This document shows, piece after piece, positions 17,325-27,152 of a stretch of 64,000 nucleotides of DNA. Origin of the DNA: Colwellia sp. GTDB lineage: Bacteria; Pseudomonadota; Gammaproteobacteria; Enterobacterales; Alteromonadaceae. A program made the position numbers and the translations under genes. Where the stretch lies: contig JABSOW010000018.1 in the NCBI GenBank assembly GCA_013215465.1, forward strand, positions 6,174 to 70,173, written 5' to 3'. Position 1 is the first letter of the stretch. The number at the start of each line of letters is the position of its first letter. Under the pieces are notes generated by a model that worked only from the letters and a program-made list of their open reading frames with translations, was not told the DNA's origin and did no database searches.

Positions 17325-18743
17325 TCACTTAAAACAATGCTCAAAATGCGTTTTTAACAATTTCATCATATTACGCTTAGCTTTATGGTGTTTGATAAGA
17401 TCACCTATCATTACCGTTACTAATGCTTTATTAGCGCTGTTTACTCTGTTAGATAAATGCAGCAGTAAATCGGTCGCTTCTTGATAGGCAGAATTCTTTT
17501 TGCGCTCAATAATAACCATTATCACGCGATAATAAAGATCAACGGCATCTTGTGGGTGGCTCACTACGATTAAGTCGGCCAAGTTACGTAAGGTGTTTAA
17601 TTCTGCTTTATGTGACAATGCCCATAAACGAGCCTTGTTCAACTCTTGATGATAAAGGTAAAAATCTAACAAGGCATCGGCATTTCTTGTTATACCGCCG
17701 TAGCTATTTTCAGCATAACAATTGGCTAATAGTTGCGCAGCCTTTTCAACAAAATGGCTGTCTATTACCCCGATGGACTGTTGCAAGCTTTCTAATTTTT
17801 TATAATCGTTAAAGCTGGGATTATCATTAAACAGCTGCCAAGCAAGTTGCCATGCTTTGTTATATTCTTTTAACGCGGTGCGTAATATCACTTCATATTG
17901 TTGGCAGCTCTTTTTTTCATGAGCGATTGTTGCTTGCTGATAGGCTTTTTTTAACCAACGTTCGGCATTGAGCTGATCGTTATTATTGATACTATGTTGG
18001 CTTATTTTTATAAAATCATCGGCTGTAATGGCGGTTACTTCCATTAAACGGCTCTTTTCTCGCCAATCACCCGTGTGTTCTGCTTGCGTTATTAATGGCA
18101 TAATTAAACGCTGTAGCGCCCATTTACCGTTAAAGTCACTTAAATTAACGTCCGATTGAATGCATTGCTTCACTTCGCTGGCACACAAGCTTAAAAAAAC
18201 AGTGTTTACCTCATCACTTAGGGAAAAATCTTCGGGTACCGCAGGAAAAATATCGTACTTGTACGTTTGGTAATGCTCAAATATCCATAGGGCTTTTTCA
18301 TCGTCTGACCACGTTTGCAGATTAAATAACGCGCTTAATCGCTGATTTAACTGCCCTTCAATACCAAAGCGAAAACCACCGGAGTCATCAATTTGCTCTA
18401 GTACTTTATTTAGCCTAACAAGGGCATGTAAAACAAGTTGCCACTGTTTGTCTACTGGCAATTTATCTATAGCAATAAAAATTGCGGCAAACATCTCATC
18501 GCTATGATCAAAATAAGCAGCCACCTTATGCCAATCAAATACCTCTTTAGCGGGTAACGCCTTGGTGATGAGCTGTTTAATGTTGGCAATACTCAAACCA
18601 CTTGTGCCGCTTTGCTCATTGAGCATAACCAACTGCCATTTATCCAATTCATGTGGGGAATCCCCCATATAGTCCATGATGATCGCCGTTAACTGCTCAG
18701 GCGTTTTTTGGGTAAACCAATCTTTTAATGTTTGCTTAGCCAT
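17325..18743 (-). CDS. Hypothetical 472-aa all-helical protein embedded in the Type I R-M operon
   Basis: Its ATG directly abuts the hsdS stop (TAAATG). Predicted helical-repeat character with a C-terminal ...HHKAKRNMMKLLK tail. I recognise no catalytic motif. Confidence 0.6.
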   Translation of the reverse strand: MAKQTLKDWFTQKTPEQLTAIIMDYMGDSPHELDKWQLVMLNEQSGTSGLSIANIKQLITKALPAKEVFDWHKVAAYFDHSDEMFAAIFIAIDKLPVDKQWQLVLHALVRLNKVLEQIDDSGGFRFGIEGQLNQRLSALFNLQTWSDDEKALWIFEHYQTYKYDIFPAVPEDFSLSDEVNTVFLSLCASEVKQCIQSDVNLSDFNGKWALQRLIMPLITQAEHTGDWREKSRLMEVTAITADDFIKISQHSINNNDQLNAERWLKKAYQQATIAHEKKSCQQYEVILRTALKEYNKAWQLAWQLFNDNPSFNDYKKLESLQQSIGVIDSHFVEKAAQLLANCYAENSYGGITRNADALLDFYLYHQELNKARLWALSHKAELNTLRNLADLIVVSHPQDAVDLYYRVIMVIIERKKNSAYQEATDLLLHLSNRVNSANKALVTVMIGDLIKHHKAKRNMMKLLKTHFEHCFK

Positions 18744-20285
18744 TTATCGCTCCATTTCATTAGCGATTAATGGTTTAGTCTTATCGGCAGTGTCGGGGAT
18801 TTTTAGCTCACCTGAGATCAGTTTGGGTAATAGCGTGTCGCGGAGTTTGGTTAATTCAATGTTTTGCTTATTATTGTTGAGGATTTTATTAAATAATGTA
18901 CTTACAATATTGCTAAATTCTATAGTTAACTTAGATCCTGAGAATGGCAAATCTATTGATTTAAACGTATCACGCGTAATTGTATTAAAAACGGAACCAT
19001 GGCCTCGCTTTTGCAAACCAGAGACTTGATACCTTGTTAAAAAATAAATATATTCATCTGATATTTCATGCTTCCCGTTAATCCCATAACAAGATTGATT
19101 CATTGCCATAGGGTTAGCCACAAGCGCACACTTCCCAACGGTTCCTCTAGCACTTATTATTGTTGTTCCTGTGCGCAAAATTTTAGTTGATGATTTATCG
19201 ACACCAAGCTGTGTTACATGCTTGTCAGTATCTATCACAAATACATCACTGTCATTCGGTGCATCTACGACTGAAAACCAAGGAATATCACCATTCCAAT
19301 ATTCTTCAATCGTAGTTTTAGGAGTCCCACCCCCAATTAAAGTGATTAGGGACTCAAACGAAACTTTTTCCCACCCCCTTGGAATCCAGCCTAGTTTCTC
19401 GTTGTGTTCAAATTCACTGGGGAAGTGTTTGTGGATGTTAGCTTGAGGTTGCTCGGCTATTTCTTTAGCTCTTTCTTTAGCTGTTTTTTTAAGTAAAGGC
19501 ACTGGTGAATCAGTGCTTTGTTCGTCCTGCTTTAAGGTCAGGGTTAAGGCTGCTTTCGTCTTATCATGCTCTTTACTTTTTAGGGCAAGCAGACGTAGTT
19601 CCGCTCGTTTCAGCAGAGCTTCTGGAAAGTCGCTAGGGAGATTTTCTAGCTTAAAATCAGCCATAGCCAGCAGGTTATCAAACACAGGATCAAAATCGAC
19701 AAACCAGCTTTTAAACAAGGTCTGTGCCATCTGCTCAAGGGTTTGGTTGGTTTGTTTGTTTAAATTGATTTTGTTTGCAATTGTTGACAAGTGATGTGCG
19801 ATTTCGTTCTCTTTTTCATACCATCTTGGGATTTTAAATGCTTTTAGAACTGGAATCCTTATATTACTTACTGTGGTTCCTGTACCTTCATTCCATGAAA
19901 TTTGATGTTTTACATAGTGAGACTGTAATGCCCAAAAAAGATAGTCGCTACTCACTCCTTTTTTTGGTCTTAGCAGAACTTGTCTTTGCCCGAGGCAACA
20001 TTTAAGCCCTTCAGGAATTATGCAAACTTCCCCCATCGGGGCCTCGCGAGTTATAACAATATCACCAGCCCGTGGAACAGCTCGTTTTATTCGGCTTTCA
20101 TATCCTTCATTATTTGTGAAACTGGGCGATGACAAATTCAAAACCCCATTTCGAATATTCTGATTTCGTAATACAATGACTCCGCTGTCGGTCCACTTGG
20201 GCGTAAAGTGAGGGCAGTCGATAACTAATTCACACATTGACTCTAATGTTTCAGTCTCAAAAGGTAATTCATTCCCCATAACCAA
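18744..20285 (-). CDS. hsdS: Type I restriction-modification S (specificity) subunit
   Basis: 513 aa. Two target-recognition domains are separated by conserved helical spacers (LEQMAQTLFKSWFVDFDPV and LTKLRDTLLPKLISGEL). Overlaps hsdM by 17 nt. Confidence 0.9.
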   Translation of the reverse strand: MVMGNELPFETETLESMCELVIDCPHFTPKWTDSGVIVLRNQNIRNGVLNLSSPSFTNNEGYESRIKRAVPRAGDIVITREAPMGEVCIIPEGLKCCLGQRQVLLRPKKGVSSDYLFWALQSHYVKHQISWNEGTGTTVSNIRIPVLKAFKIPRWYEKENEIAHHLSTIANKINLNKQTNQTLEQMAQTLFKSWFVDFDPVFDNLLAMADFKLENLPSDFPEALLKRAELRLLALKSKEHDKTKAALTLTLKQDEQSTDSPVPLLKKTAKERAKEIAEQPQANIHKHFPSEFEHNEKLGWIPRGWEKVSFESLITLIGGGTPKTTIEEYWNGDIPWFSVVDAPNDSDVFVIDTDKHVTQLGVDKSSTKILRTGTTIISARGTVGKCALVANPMAMNQSCYGINGKHEISDEYIYFLTRYQVSGLQKRGHGSVFNTITRDTFKSIDLPFSGSKLTIEFSNIVSTLFNKILNNNKQNIELTKLRDTLLPKLISGELKIPDTADKTKPLIANEMER

Positions 20286-21924
20286 GCGCCTCCAAGTTTT
20301 TACGGATCGCTTTATCTAGGTCTTTCGCTTGATTCAGTTGGCTATACAGGGTTTTGCTGAGTTCGCTCATCTTGGTTTCAAAGGGAATACCATCGTCTTC
20401 TATTTCTGCTACACCAACATAACGGCCAGGGGTTAAGACATAATCGTTGGCTTTCATATCCGCAAGAGAAGCTGATTTACAGTAACCGGCAATATCTTGG
20501 TACTTAGATTCTGAATCAAGTTCAGAATGACTAGAAAGTTCTTCACCGCGCCAGACATGATAGGTTTCAGTTATTTTTGAGATATCATCATTGGTTAATT
20601 CTTTTAAGGTACGGCTAACCATAGAGCCCATTTCACGGGCATCAATAAATAAGGTTTCACCTTGGCGATCACGGCGTTTTAACAAGCCTTTTTCATCATT
20701 ACCTTTTTTGTCTTTACTGATAAACCATAAACACACAGGAATTTGGGTGGTGTAAAACAGTTGTCCCGGCAGAGCTATCATGCAATCGACTAAATCGTTT
20801 TCGATGATTTTCTGGCGAATATCTCCTTCACCACTGGTATTAGATGACATTGAACCATTGGCTAAGACAAAACCTGCGGTGCCATGCTCACTGAGTTTTG
20901 AGATCATGTGCATGATCCACGCATAGTTGGCATTACCCGTTGGCGGTGTTGGATAACCCGCCCAACGTGCATCGTCAACTAATTCGTTATCCGCGCGCCA
21001 CTGCTTTTGGTTAAACGGTGGGTTTGCCATGATGTAATCGGCTTTTAAATCTGGGTGTTGGTCTTTAAAGAAACTGTCCCCGGCGACGTCACCTAAATTA
21101 GCCGAGATACCGCGTACCGCAAGGTTCATCTTGGCCAGTTTATAAGTAGTGGTGGTGTACTCTTGACCATAAATAGAAATGTTCTTTTGATTACCGTTAT
21201 GGCTATTAATAAATTTAAGCGATTGCACAAACATACCACCCGAGCCACAACAGGGATCGTAAATTTTGCCCGAAAAGGGTTCTATCATATCGGCTATCAG
21301 GGTAACGATAGATTTTGGCGTATAGAACTCGCCACCGCCTTTACCCTCTGAGGCTGCAAATTTACCAAGGAAATATTCGTAAACTCGGCCGACAATATCT
21401 TCTTCGCTTTTATCACATTCGTTAGCGATAGTTTCAATGTTGTTGATGGTGTCGATTAACGCTGAAAGCTTGCTGCTGTCTAAGCCTAAACGTGAGAAGT
21501 AGTTATCTGGCAGTGCACCTGCTAACGCTTTGTTATTCTTTTCAACTGAATGCAAAGCAGAGTCAATTTTAACGGCAATATCATCTTGCTTGGCGTTAAT
21601 TTGAATAAATGTCCAACGTGACTCTTCGGGCAGATAGAAGACATTTTCCATGGTGTAGAAATCCACCATATCAACATATTCATTGCCATATTCGGCAACA
21701 ATGGCGTTTTTACGTACTTCAAACTTGTCACTGATGAATTTTAAGAAAATTAAACTTAAGACAATATGTTTGTATTCAGCTGACTCAACACTGCCACGTA
21801 GTTTGTTAGCTGCATCCCAAAGGGCTTCTTCAAAACCGACTTCTTTGGTTTTACTTTTTGTTGCTTTTTTAGCTGGTACTTTTTTAACGGTAGGGCTTTT
21901 AGCTTTTGTAGTTTCTGTTGTCAT
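20269..21924 (-). CDS. hsdM: Type I restriction-modification M subunit (N6-adenine methyltransferase)
   Basis: 551 aa with an HsdM_N region (IVLSLIFLKFISDKF), an AdoMet motif (DPCCGSGGMF) and the catalytic NPPF. Confidence 0.95.
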   Translation of the reverse strand: MTTETTKAKSPTVKKVPAKKATKSKTKEVGFEEALWDAANKLRGSVESAEYKHIVLSLIFLKFISDKFEVRKNAIVAEYGNEYVDMVDFYTMENVFYLPEESRWTFIQINAKQDDIAVKIDSALHSVEKNNKALAGALPDNYFSRLGLDSSKLSALIDTINNIETIANECDKSEEDIVGRVYEYFLGKFAASEGKGGGEFYTPKSIVTLIADMIEPFSGKIYDPCCGSGGMFVQSLKFINSHNGNQKNISIYGQEYTTTTYKLAKMNLAVRGISANLGDVAGDSFFKDQHPDLKADYIMANPPFNQKQWRADNELVDDARWAGYPTPPTGNANYAWIMHMISKLSEHGTAGFVLANGSMSSNTSGEGDIRQKIIENDLVDCMIALPGQLFYTTQIPVCLWFISKDKKGNDEKGLLKRRDRQGETLFIDAREMGSMVSRTLKELTNDDISKITETYHVWRGEELSSHSELDSESKYQDIAGYCKSASLADMKANDYVLTPGRYVGVAEIEDDGIPFETKMSELSKTLYSQLNQAKDLDKAIRKNLEALGYGE

Positions 21925-21929
21925 GTTCT

Positions 21930-22370
21930 TTAATTCCTAATGTACGCAGAGATAATTGGCGTACATACTGAGGTAATAACGGGCATAATAATTGCGATAA
22001 CTATTGCAGCTATGGCTATCCATAATGTTGTATTGGCTGTTTTGTTTGACTTTTTTGCTTGTTCAACTGATTGATAAGACAAGTAACTAAAATAAGTATT
22101 GGTATTGAGCTGCCATTTAAAAAATTGATTATCTAAATTTTGTTCATCTACCCTGGTACAAGTTATTAAACTTCCCTTCCCGTTAGGCTCTAAACAGATA
22201 ATTCTCATGATTTCTGCAATGTTGTGACGACCAATACCCTTTAGCTCTTTGCTATTGGTTGCGGACTGCACGCTAAATGGTTCATCAAGCTTATTTTGTT
22301 CAAGAATATACTCTGTTACTCGCAAAACATCGGGATTTGTTTTATTTACTTTAGGTATGACTTTAGACAT
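21930..22370 (-). CDS. Hypothetical small tail-anchored membrane protein
   Basis: 146 aa: a soluble N-terminal ~110 aa plus one C-terminal TM helix (LWIAIAAIVIAIIMPVI). Overlaps the WYL gene by 8 nt and ends 5 nt before hsdM. Confidence 0.6.
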   Translation of the reverse strand: MSKVIPKVNKTNPDVLRVTEYILEQNKLDEPFSVQSATNSKELKGIGRHNIAEIMRIICLEPNGKGSLITCTRVDEQNLDNQFFKWQLNTNTYFSYLSYQSVEQAKKSNKTANTTLWIAIAAIVIAIIMPVITSVCTPIISAYIRN

Positions 22371-23244
22371 GACCTTCCTTATATCCTGGCGCTATTGCCA
22401 AATTCTCGGCTCCGTAAAGTGTTTGTCTGTTTCTTAAGTACAACTGATATTCGCCGCCTGTAAGTGAGGCTGCTTCGGTACAATCGACATTCCAGCGTCT
22501 TAACAGATACCCTGCCATTGCAGCCCTAACATTTAACTCAAGAATGCCATGCTCCATACCAAAATCTAATTCAATCGCTGTTGGATGTTTAACGTTGTTT
22601 GGGTGCGGTACTATTTGCAGTGGCATCATGCGAGTCCATTGATGGTCTTCCAGTTTATCTTCATGGGGTTCGCTATTCTGTTGCTTAATTGTAACCTTGG
22701 AGATACGTGTAAGCACAAAATCCCTAAAAGACTGTGACTTTCTATCAAAAGCACGTACATGCCAGCGCAGGCCATTATCTACAATAGAATGTGGCACCAA
22801 TTCTCTAGCGCCTGAGCCACTTGAAAGCGATGTATAGATGATACTCACGGCTTTTTGGTTAATGATGGCTTGTGAAAGCTTTGCCACTATAAAAATATCG
22901 GGAATATTCAGCTGGCTTGGTGACTCAATTGGAAACTGAACATCATTAATTGCGTCATAACCATCGCTAATATTGTTAGCTAATTTGATTAAAGTCTTGC
23001 GTGGGTCATGGGTAAACAGCGGTTTGAATGATGACTTAATTAAGTACTTTTTATTAACATTGTCATAATTCATGTTGTCTGGAACGTGCTCTTTATAGAG
23101 CGCGATGTCACGTGACGCCGCGGCTAAGCCGAGCTCAAAACGACAGACTATTTCGTAACGCGTTACAGTTCCTGTAAATAACAGCTTAAAATCAATATAA
23201 GCAAGGCGTTGTTTTTGTGAGTAATTTAAGTCTTCAACATTCAT
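22363..23244 (-). CDS. BrxR/CapW-like wHTH-WYL transcriptional regulator
   Basis: 293 aa. The N-terminus SQKQRLAYIDFKLLFTGTVTRYEIVCRFELGLAAASRDIALYKE and the WYL core ELVPHSIVDNGLRWHVRAFDRKSQSFRDFVLTRI match the BrxR/CapW architecture. Confidence 0.8.
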   Translation of the reverse strand: MNVEDLNYSQKQRLAYIDFKLLFTGTVTRYEIVCRFELGLAAASRDIALYKEHVPDNMNYDNVNKKYLIKSSFKPLFTHDPRKTLIKLANNISDGYDAINDVQFPIESPSQLNIPDIFIVAKLSQAIINQKAVSIIYTSLSSGSGARELVPHSIVDNGLRWHVRAFDRKSQSFRDFVLTRISKVTIKQQNSEPHEDKLEDHQWTRMMPLQIVPHPNNVKHPTAIELDFGMEHGILELNVRAAMAGYLLRRWNVDCTEAASLTGGEYQLYLRNRQTLYGAENLAIAPGYKEGHV

Positions 23245-23450
23245 TGTTATTATTAAAGTGCTAAAATGTACATTCAGTATGTATCATTTTGATAAGCACC
23301 TCAATTCCTTTTATTATTATCTTAATTAAACCACACTGTCACTGGTTTTGTCCTTGATATACATCAAAAAAATTATGTATGTAGGAAAATTATTTTAATA
23401 TTTCTCTTAAGTACAGGTTTTGTAAACTAATTTAGTTTAATTATTATTAA

Positions 23451-23972
23451 TTAAGACAAATGTAACTTAAACACATCAAGGATTAATTGTTTAAGGTTAG
23501 TATTTAACTCGATAGCACTATCACTAAGACGATGACCATCATTTACTAGGGTTAACGTTGTTCTATGCTCATCTGCAAATTTAACACTGTTTTGATAAGG
23601 TACTACATCATCATGCCAGCCATGTATTATACGAACACTCTTACATGTGGTGGTCGGCTCAGATTCATCATAACCTTCGAGATAGAACGCTGGGGCTAAT
23701 AGCATTAATCCTGAAATTTTAACTTGCTTAGAAGCTAAAGTCGAAACATAACCACCCATGCTTGAACCCACTAATATCATTTCGCCTGATAATTTACCCA
23801 AATAACTTATCAGGTGATCAGCTCGACAATCTGGCGACTCAATGTCCCGATAATCAAGAGAATGAATTTCACAGTCACATACGGACTTGGCATATTCTGC
23901 CATAGCTTTTATTTTACTGCCCCAAGGGCCACTTTCTTTACCGTGGCTAAATATAATGTGCTTTTCTGACAT
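23451..23972 (-). CDS. Small alpha/beta hydrolase (YqiA-like esterase)
   Basis: 173 aa with a GSSMGG nucleophile elbow, HGWHDDVVP and DGHRL. Confidence 0.7.
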   Translation of the reverse strand: MSEKHIIFSHGKESGPWGSKIKAMAEYAKSVCDCEIHSLDYRDIESPDCRADHLISYLGKLSGEMILVGSSMGGYVSTLASKQVKISGLMLLAPAFYLEGYDESEPTTTCKSVRIIHGWHDDVVPYQNSVKFADEHRTTLTLVNDGHRLSDSAIELNTNLKQLILDVFKLHLS

Positions 23973-23997
23973 GAAAAATCCTTTTTAGTGATAGTAC

Positions 23998-24258
23998 CTA
24001 GATATTTTTATCTTTAAACTTTTGGTTATGATATTCAATATAATTTTTAAAATTTTCAATTTGATCTCTAGCGAATACTTTTGTATTTATATTTTTATTA
24101 ACATTTAAAGAGAAACGAGTATTTCTTTCGATAAAGGTAATCAAGTGGTTATCGAACAGTTTATCTACATGAGCGCATAGCAATAGAACATTTGAGCCAA
24201 TTGGCTGTCAATCATGTATTCGAAAAGTCCCTGGTGATGCATCTACCAAGGTATTTAT
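23998..24258 (-). pseudogene. HNH (HNH_2-type) endonuclease remnant
   Basis: In-frame reading gives ...RIHD*QPIGSNVLLLCAHVDKLFDNHLITF.... This is the AHI.P...NG.LL....H.LFD..I.F pattern, interrupted by TGA at 24208-24210 and lacking an N-terminus. Confidence 0.5.
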
Positions 24259-24269
24259 CTAGCTGAGCA

Positions 24270-24845
24270 TCAAGCTCTATGATAACTGATACTTAAAACT
24301 TCATAGGCTTTGCGGATTTCGATAAAGTCTTCTGCGCAGCCACCTTTATCAGGATGACTAATAGCAATTTTCTTCTGGTAAGCCTGACGGATATCAAACC
24401 AATCTACATCTTGATCTAGACCTAAGGTAGTCAGAGCACCATTGACCTTATCTACAGCACGATATCTTTGCCAAAAACTGGAAAAGAGTGTCTCAATGTC
24501 TTCAATAGTGATGCTATTCAAATTAGACCAGTCCAAATAATAGTGGGCCAGATCAGTATCGCGCGTAGCCAGAGCACTTTTACCTTCTGCGCGATTAGGA
24601 ACCATGCAGATCTCTAATGGAAAAATTGTTAGTAAAAATCCATCGGTTTGAATATCTCGTTGAATTTGATAAAGTGCATTCATCACAAAAAAATTCTTTT
24701 GGAAAATGACTATTTGAAGATCTACATCTCTTCCAATAAGCAAAATAAAGTCCTGCTCACAAAGATTCACTAAATCAATCAGCGAGCATGAACTGTTCTG
24801 CTCTCTTAAATATTCCAGTATTGGAATAATCAAAGGATTGGTCAT
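24270..24845 (-). CDS. DnaJ-related (C-terminal J-domain) protein
   Basis: 191 aa. The C-terminus DIRQAYQKKIAISHPDKGG..EDFIEIRKAYEVL is a J-domain with an HPD motif. Confidence 0.75.
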   Translation of the reverse strand: MTNPLIIPILEYLREQNSSCSLIDLVNLCEQDFILLIGRDVDLQIVIFQKNFFVMNALYQIQRDIQTDGFLLTIFPLEICMVPNRAEGKSALATRDTDLAHYYLDWSNLNSITIEDIETLFSSFWQRYRAVDKVNGALTTLGLDQDVDWFDIRQAYQKKIAISHPDKGGCAEDFIEIRKAYEVLSISYHRA

Positions 24846-24959
24846 TACGGTTTCCTTTCAATTTACTGCTGAGACAATGCTTCATTTTGTGCCTGTTGCT
24901 AATTTACAGGTTTAATCACATGATTAATAGAGTATTAAAATGGACGTTGTTTAATGCGC

Positions 24960-25646
24960 TTACATAATCAATTCTGCTTCACCTATGGCTTGATAGCTAT
25001 TCGGTTTATCAATTCTTTGCGCGATTAAAGGTTGCGGTATATGTGGAGATAATAAAGGGAAAAACTGCCGGGTGTCTGTTATATCTGTGGATAACCAGCT
25101 ATTAACTAAACCTGTCTCTTGAGGTAAAATTAACGGCATAGCTTTTGAGTGAATGTGTTGTAATTTTGGGTGCGGCGGTAGCGTAATGACTGAACACGAG
25201 AGTTTATGTTCACCTGTTTTACTGTGAACCCATTCGCGGCATAGACCACCAAGTAGTAAACCTCCATTTTGTGCAGTCATGTCATAATAATGAATGGGCT
25301 TTTTGTTGACGAACTCGGTTTCTCCAAACCCTTTCACAGCAATAATACAGCGTGACTGACGATACGCCTGATATCCTGCGCTACCTTGGCTATCTAACTT
25401 GTCAAAACGGGTATTGAAAGATGTGTACTTTGAGGGTTTAAAACCATTGTCTGTTTCTGCGAGTAATAACCACCATTGGGCATTTTCTACTTGCCGAATT
25501 TCGCCGACGTTTCTGACAATAGAAATGGTATCTGCTGCTTTAACAAAGCGTGTATCTATTGGTCTATCAATCACTTTGTTAATTTGTAAACTGGTGTATA
25601 GCTTTCTTACACCTTTATCAAATGTCGCATTAAATCTACCGCACAT
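24960..25646 (-). CDS. yedK: SOS-response-associated peptidase (SRAP, abasic-site processing protein)
   Basis: 228 aa starting with MCGRF, the catalytic Cys2 signature. Confidence 0.9.
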   Translation of the reverse strand: MCGRFNATFDKGVRKLYTSLQINKVIDRPIDTRFVKAADTISIVRNVGEIRQVENAQWWLLLAETDNGFKPSKYTSFNTRFDKLDSQGSAGYQAYRQSRCIIAVKGFGETEFVNKKPIHYYDMTAQNGGLLLGGLCREWVHSKTGEHKLSCSVITLPPHPKLQHIHSKAMPLILPQETGLVNSWLSTDITDTRQFFPLLSPHIPQPLIAQRIDKPNSYQAIGEAELIM

Positions 25647-25838
25647 GACTTGCCTTCTCTGTTACTAACATTGTATTTTGGGTATATCTCGCCATTGACT
25701 CGTCTATTGGGGACTTAAAAATTCTAATAAATGGGTACACAATAAGGGCTTTTTGTTAGATGCCAACCACTTCTGTTATTTTTAACTTGTAGAGTACCCA
25801 TTTACGCAATTCCTGTTTAGTTCTTATCCATAATGGCA

Positions 25839-26405
25839 TTAAAACCGTGAATCATTTTCACAAGGAATACCGTCATTATCACCATCCATTTTTGTATTCG
25901 GACAATGTTGAATGAAGTACTCTGCTTCTGCGCGAGATGTCATTTGACTGCAATGCTGTCTACCGTCACACGAAAATTGTGAACTGGTATTAGAAAAAGC
26001 GCTTTCTAATAAGGAGTTACTTGGTATTGAAATGTTTGGTGTCTGCTGTGCTGGCGTATTTGACGGCGCTAATCCTAATCGTTGATATCCAAAAGCACCA
26101 ATACCTATTACCACAAGTTTTATGACAAGTTTACTTTTAGGCGCTGAAGTGTTTTTGTGTACACGAGGCCTATGCCTTTGTACGACCTTGCTAGCAACAC
26201 CTTCAATGCGACAATTAACGGCTCTGGATTTACCATTGGCTTGTTTTTCTACTTCAAAATAGATGAAATCACCTACCTTGGGCTTTCTACTCATGGCTTT
26301 TAAGGCAGATATATGAATAAAGGTATCTTGATTAAGCTCACTTGATTGAATGAAGCCAAATCCTTTATCATCTTTCCAGCTTTTTAATTGTCCTTTGTGC
26401 ATCAC
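25839..26405 (-). CDS. Cold-shock-domain protein with TM segment and C-terminal Excalibur calcium-binding domain
   Basis: N-terminal KGQLKSWKDDKGFGFIQ (CSD), a central hydrophobic segment LVIKLVVIGIGAFGY, and C-terminal C..M.SRAEAEYF...C....DGDNDGIPCE (Excalibur). Confidence 0.75.
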   Translation of the reverse strand: MMHKGQLKSWKDDKGFGFIQSSELNQDTFIHISALKAMSRKPKVGDFIYFEVEKQANGKSRAVNCRIEGVASKVVQRHRPRVHKNTSAPKSKLVIKLVVIGIGAFGYQRLGLAPSNTPAQQTPNISIPSNSLLESAFSNTSSQFSCDGRQHCSQMTSRAEAEYFIQHCPNTKMDGDNDGIPCENDSRF

Positions 26406-26663
26406 GGTTCCATTGCAGATGTCATTTCAAGTATATACTTGTATAGTAATCTAATATCTCATAATAACAGTTGCTTAGGTAGCATTAGTTCATGAACATT
26501 TGTTTCAAAAGCCGTTCGACCATCAGCAAAAGCTACTATGTCTTAGTGTGATTATTAGGTAGCCATTATCATTTAAAAGTAAACTAATTAAGCAAGAACC
26601 TAAACTAGCTTTAACGGTGATATTACTTACCGGACAAAGTCTCTCAAGCGCACACCTTGGTAT

Positions 26664-27152
26664 TTGAAAATTGCAGGTAAGTTCTTTACCAAAACAAAGC
26701 ACCGCCAGATTTTTCTTTTTTCTGTATTAATTTTCTTTATAGGCTCACCGATTACACTTGGCTTCCTTCTAGCAATAATACCATTGTGGGCTTGGGCGTT
26801 ACTTGTATGTGGTTACTACATTTCATTTAGACCTGCATGGAACATCATGCATTTATCAATAAACAAATTAACTTTGTTAGAACACATTTTTCAGCCGGTT
26901 GGTGCCGTATGCATTTCAAAAGTGATTAATGTGAACAACAAAGATGAATATTTAAATATTGATAGAGAAATTCTGTCAGTCATTGTTGATGGGACCTGTC
27001 CTGTTTGCCGTAATCAATACAATTTAAAAAACTCAGTTCAACTTGAACACCACTCGTTATTCAATAGACGTATCATAGGTAAATGTTTAAACAACCCGAG
27101 AGAACATCAATTTACTTTTGATAAGGACTTGATGCAAGGTTACAAAATTTAG
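26664..27152 (+). CDS. Hypothetical membrane protein with CxxC motif
   Basis: 162 aa with a TTG start, two N-terminal TM helices, then CPVCRNQ. I recognise no family. Confidence 0.4.
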   Translation: MKIAGKFFTKTKHRQIFLFSVLIFFIGSPITLGFLLAIIPLWAWALLVCGYYISFRPAWNIMHLSINKLTLLEHIFQPVGAVCISKVINVNNKDEYLNIDREILSVIVDGTCPVCRNQYNLKNSVQLEHHSLFNRRIIGKCLNNPREHQFTFDKDLMQGYKI

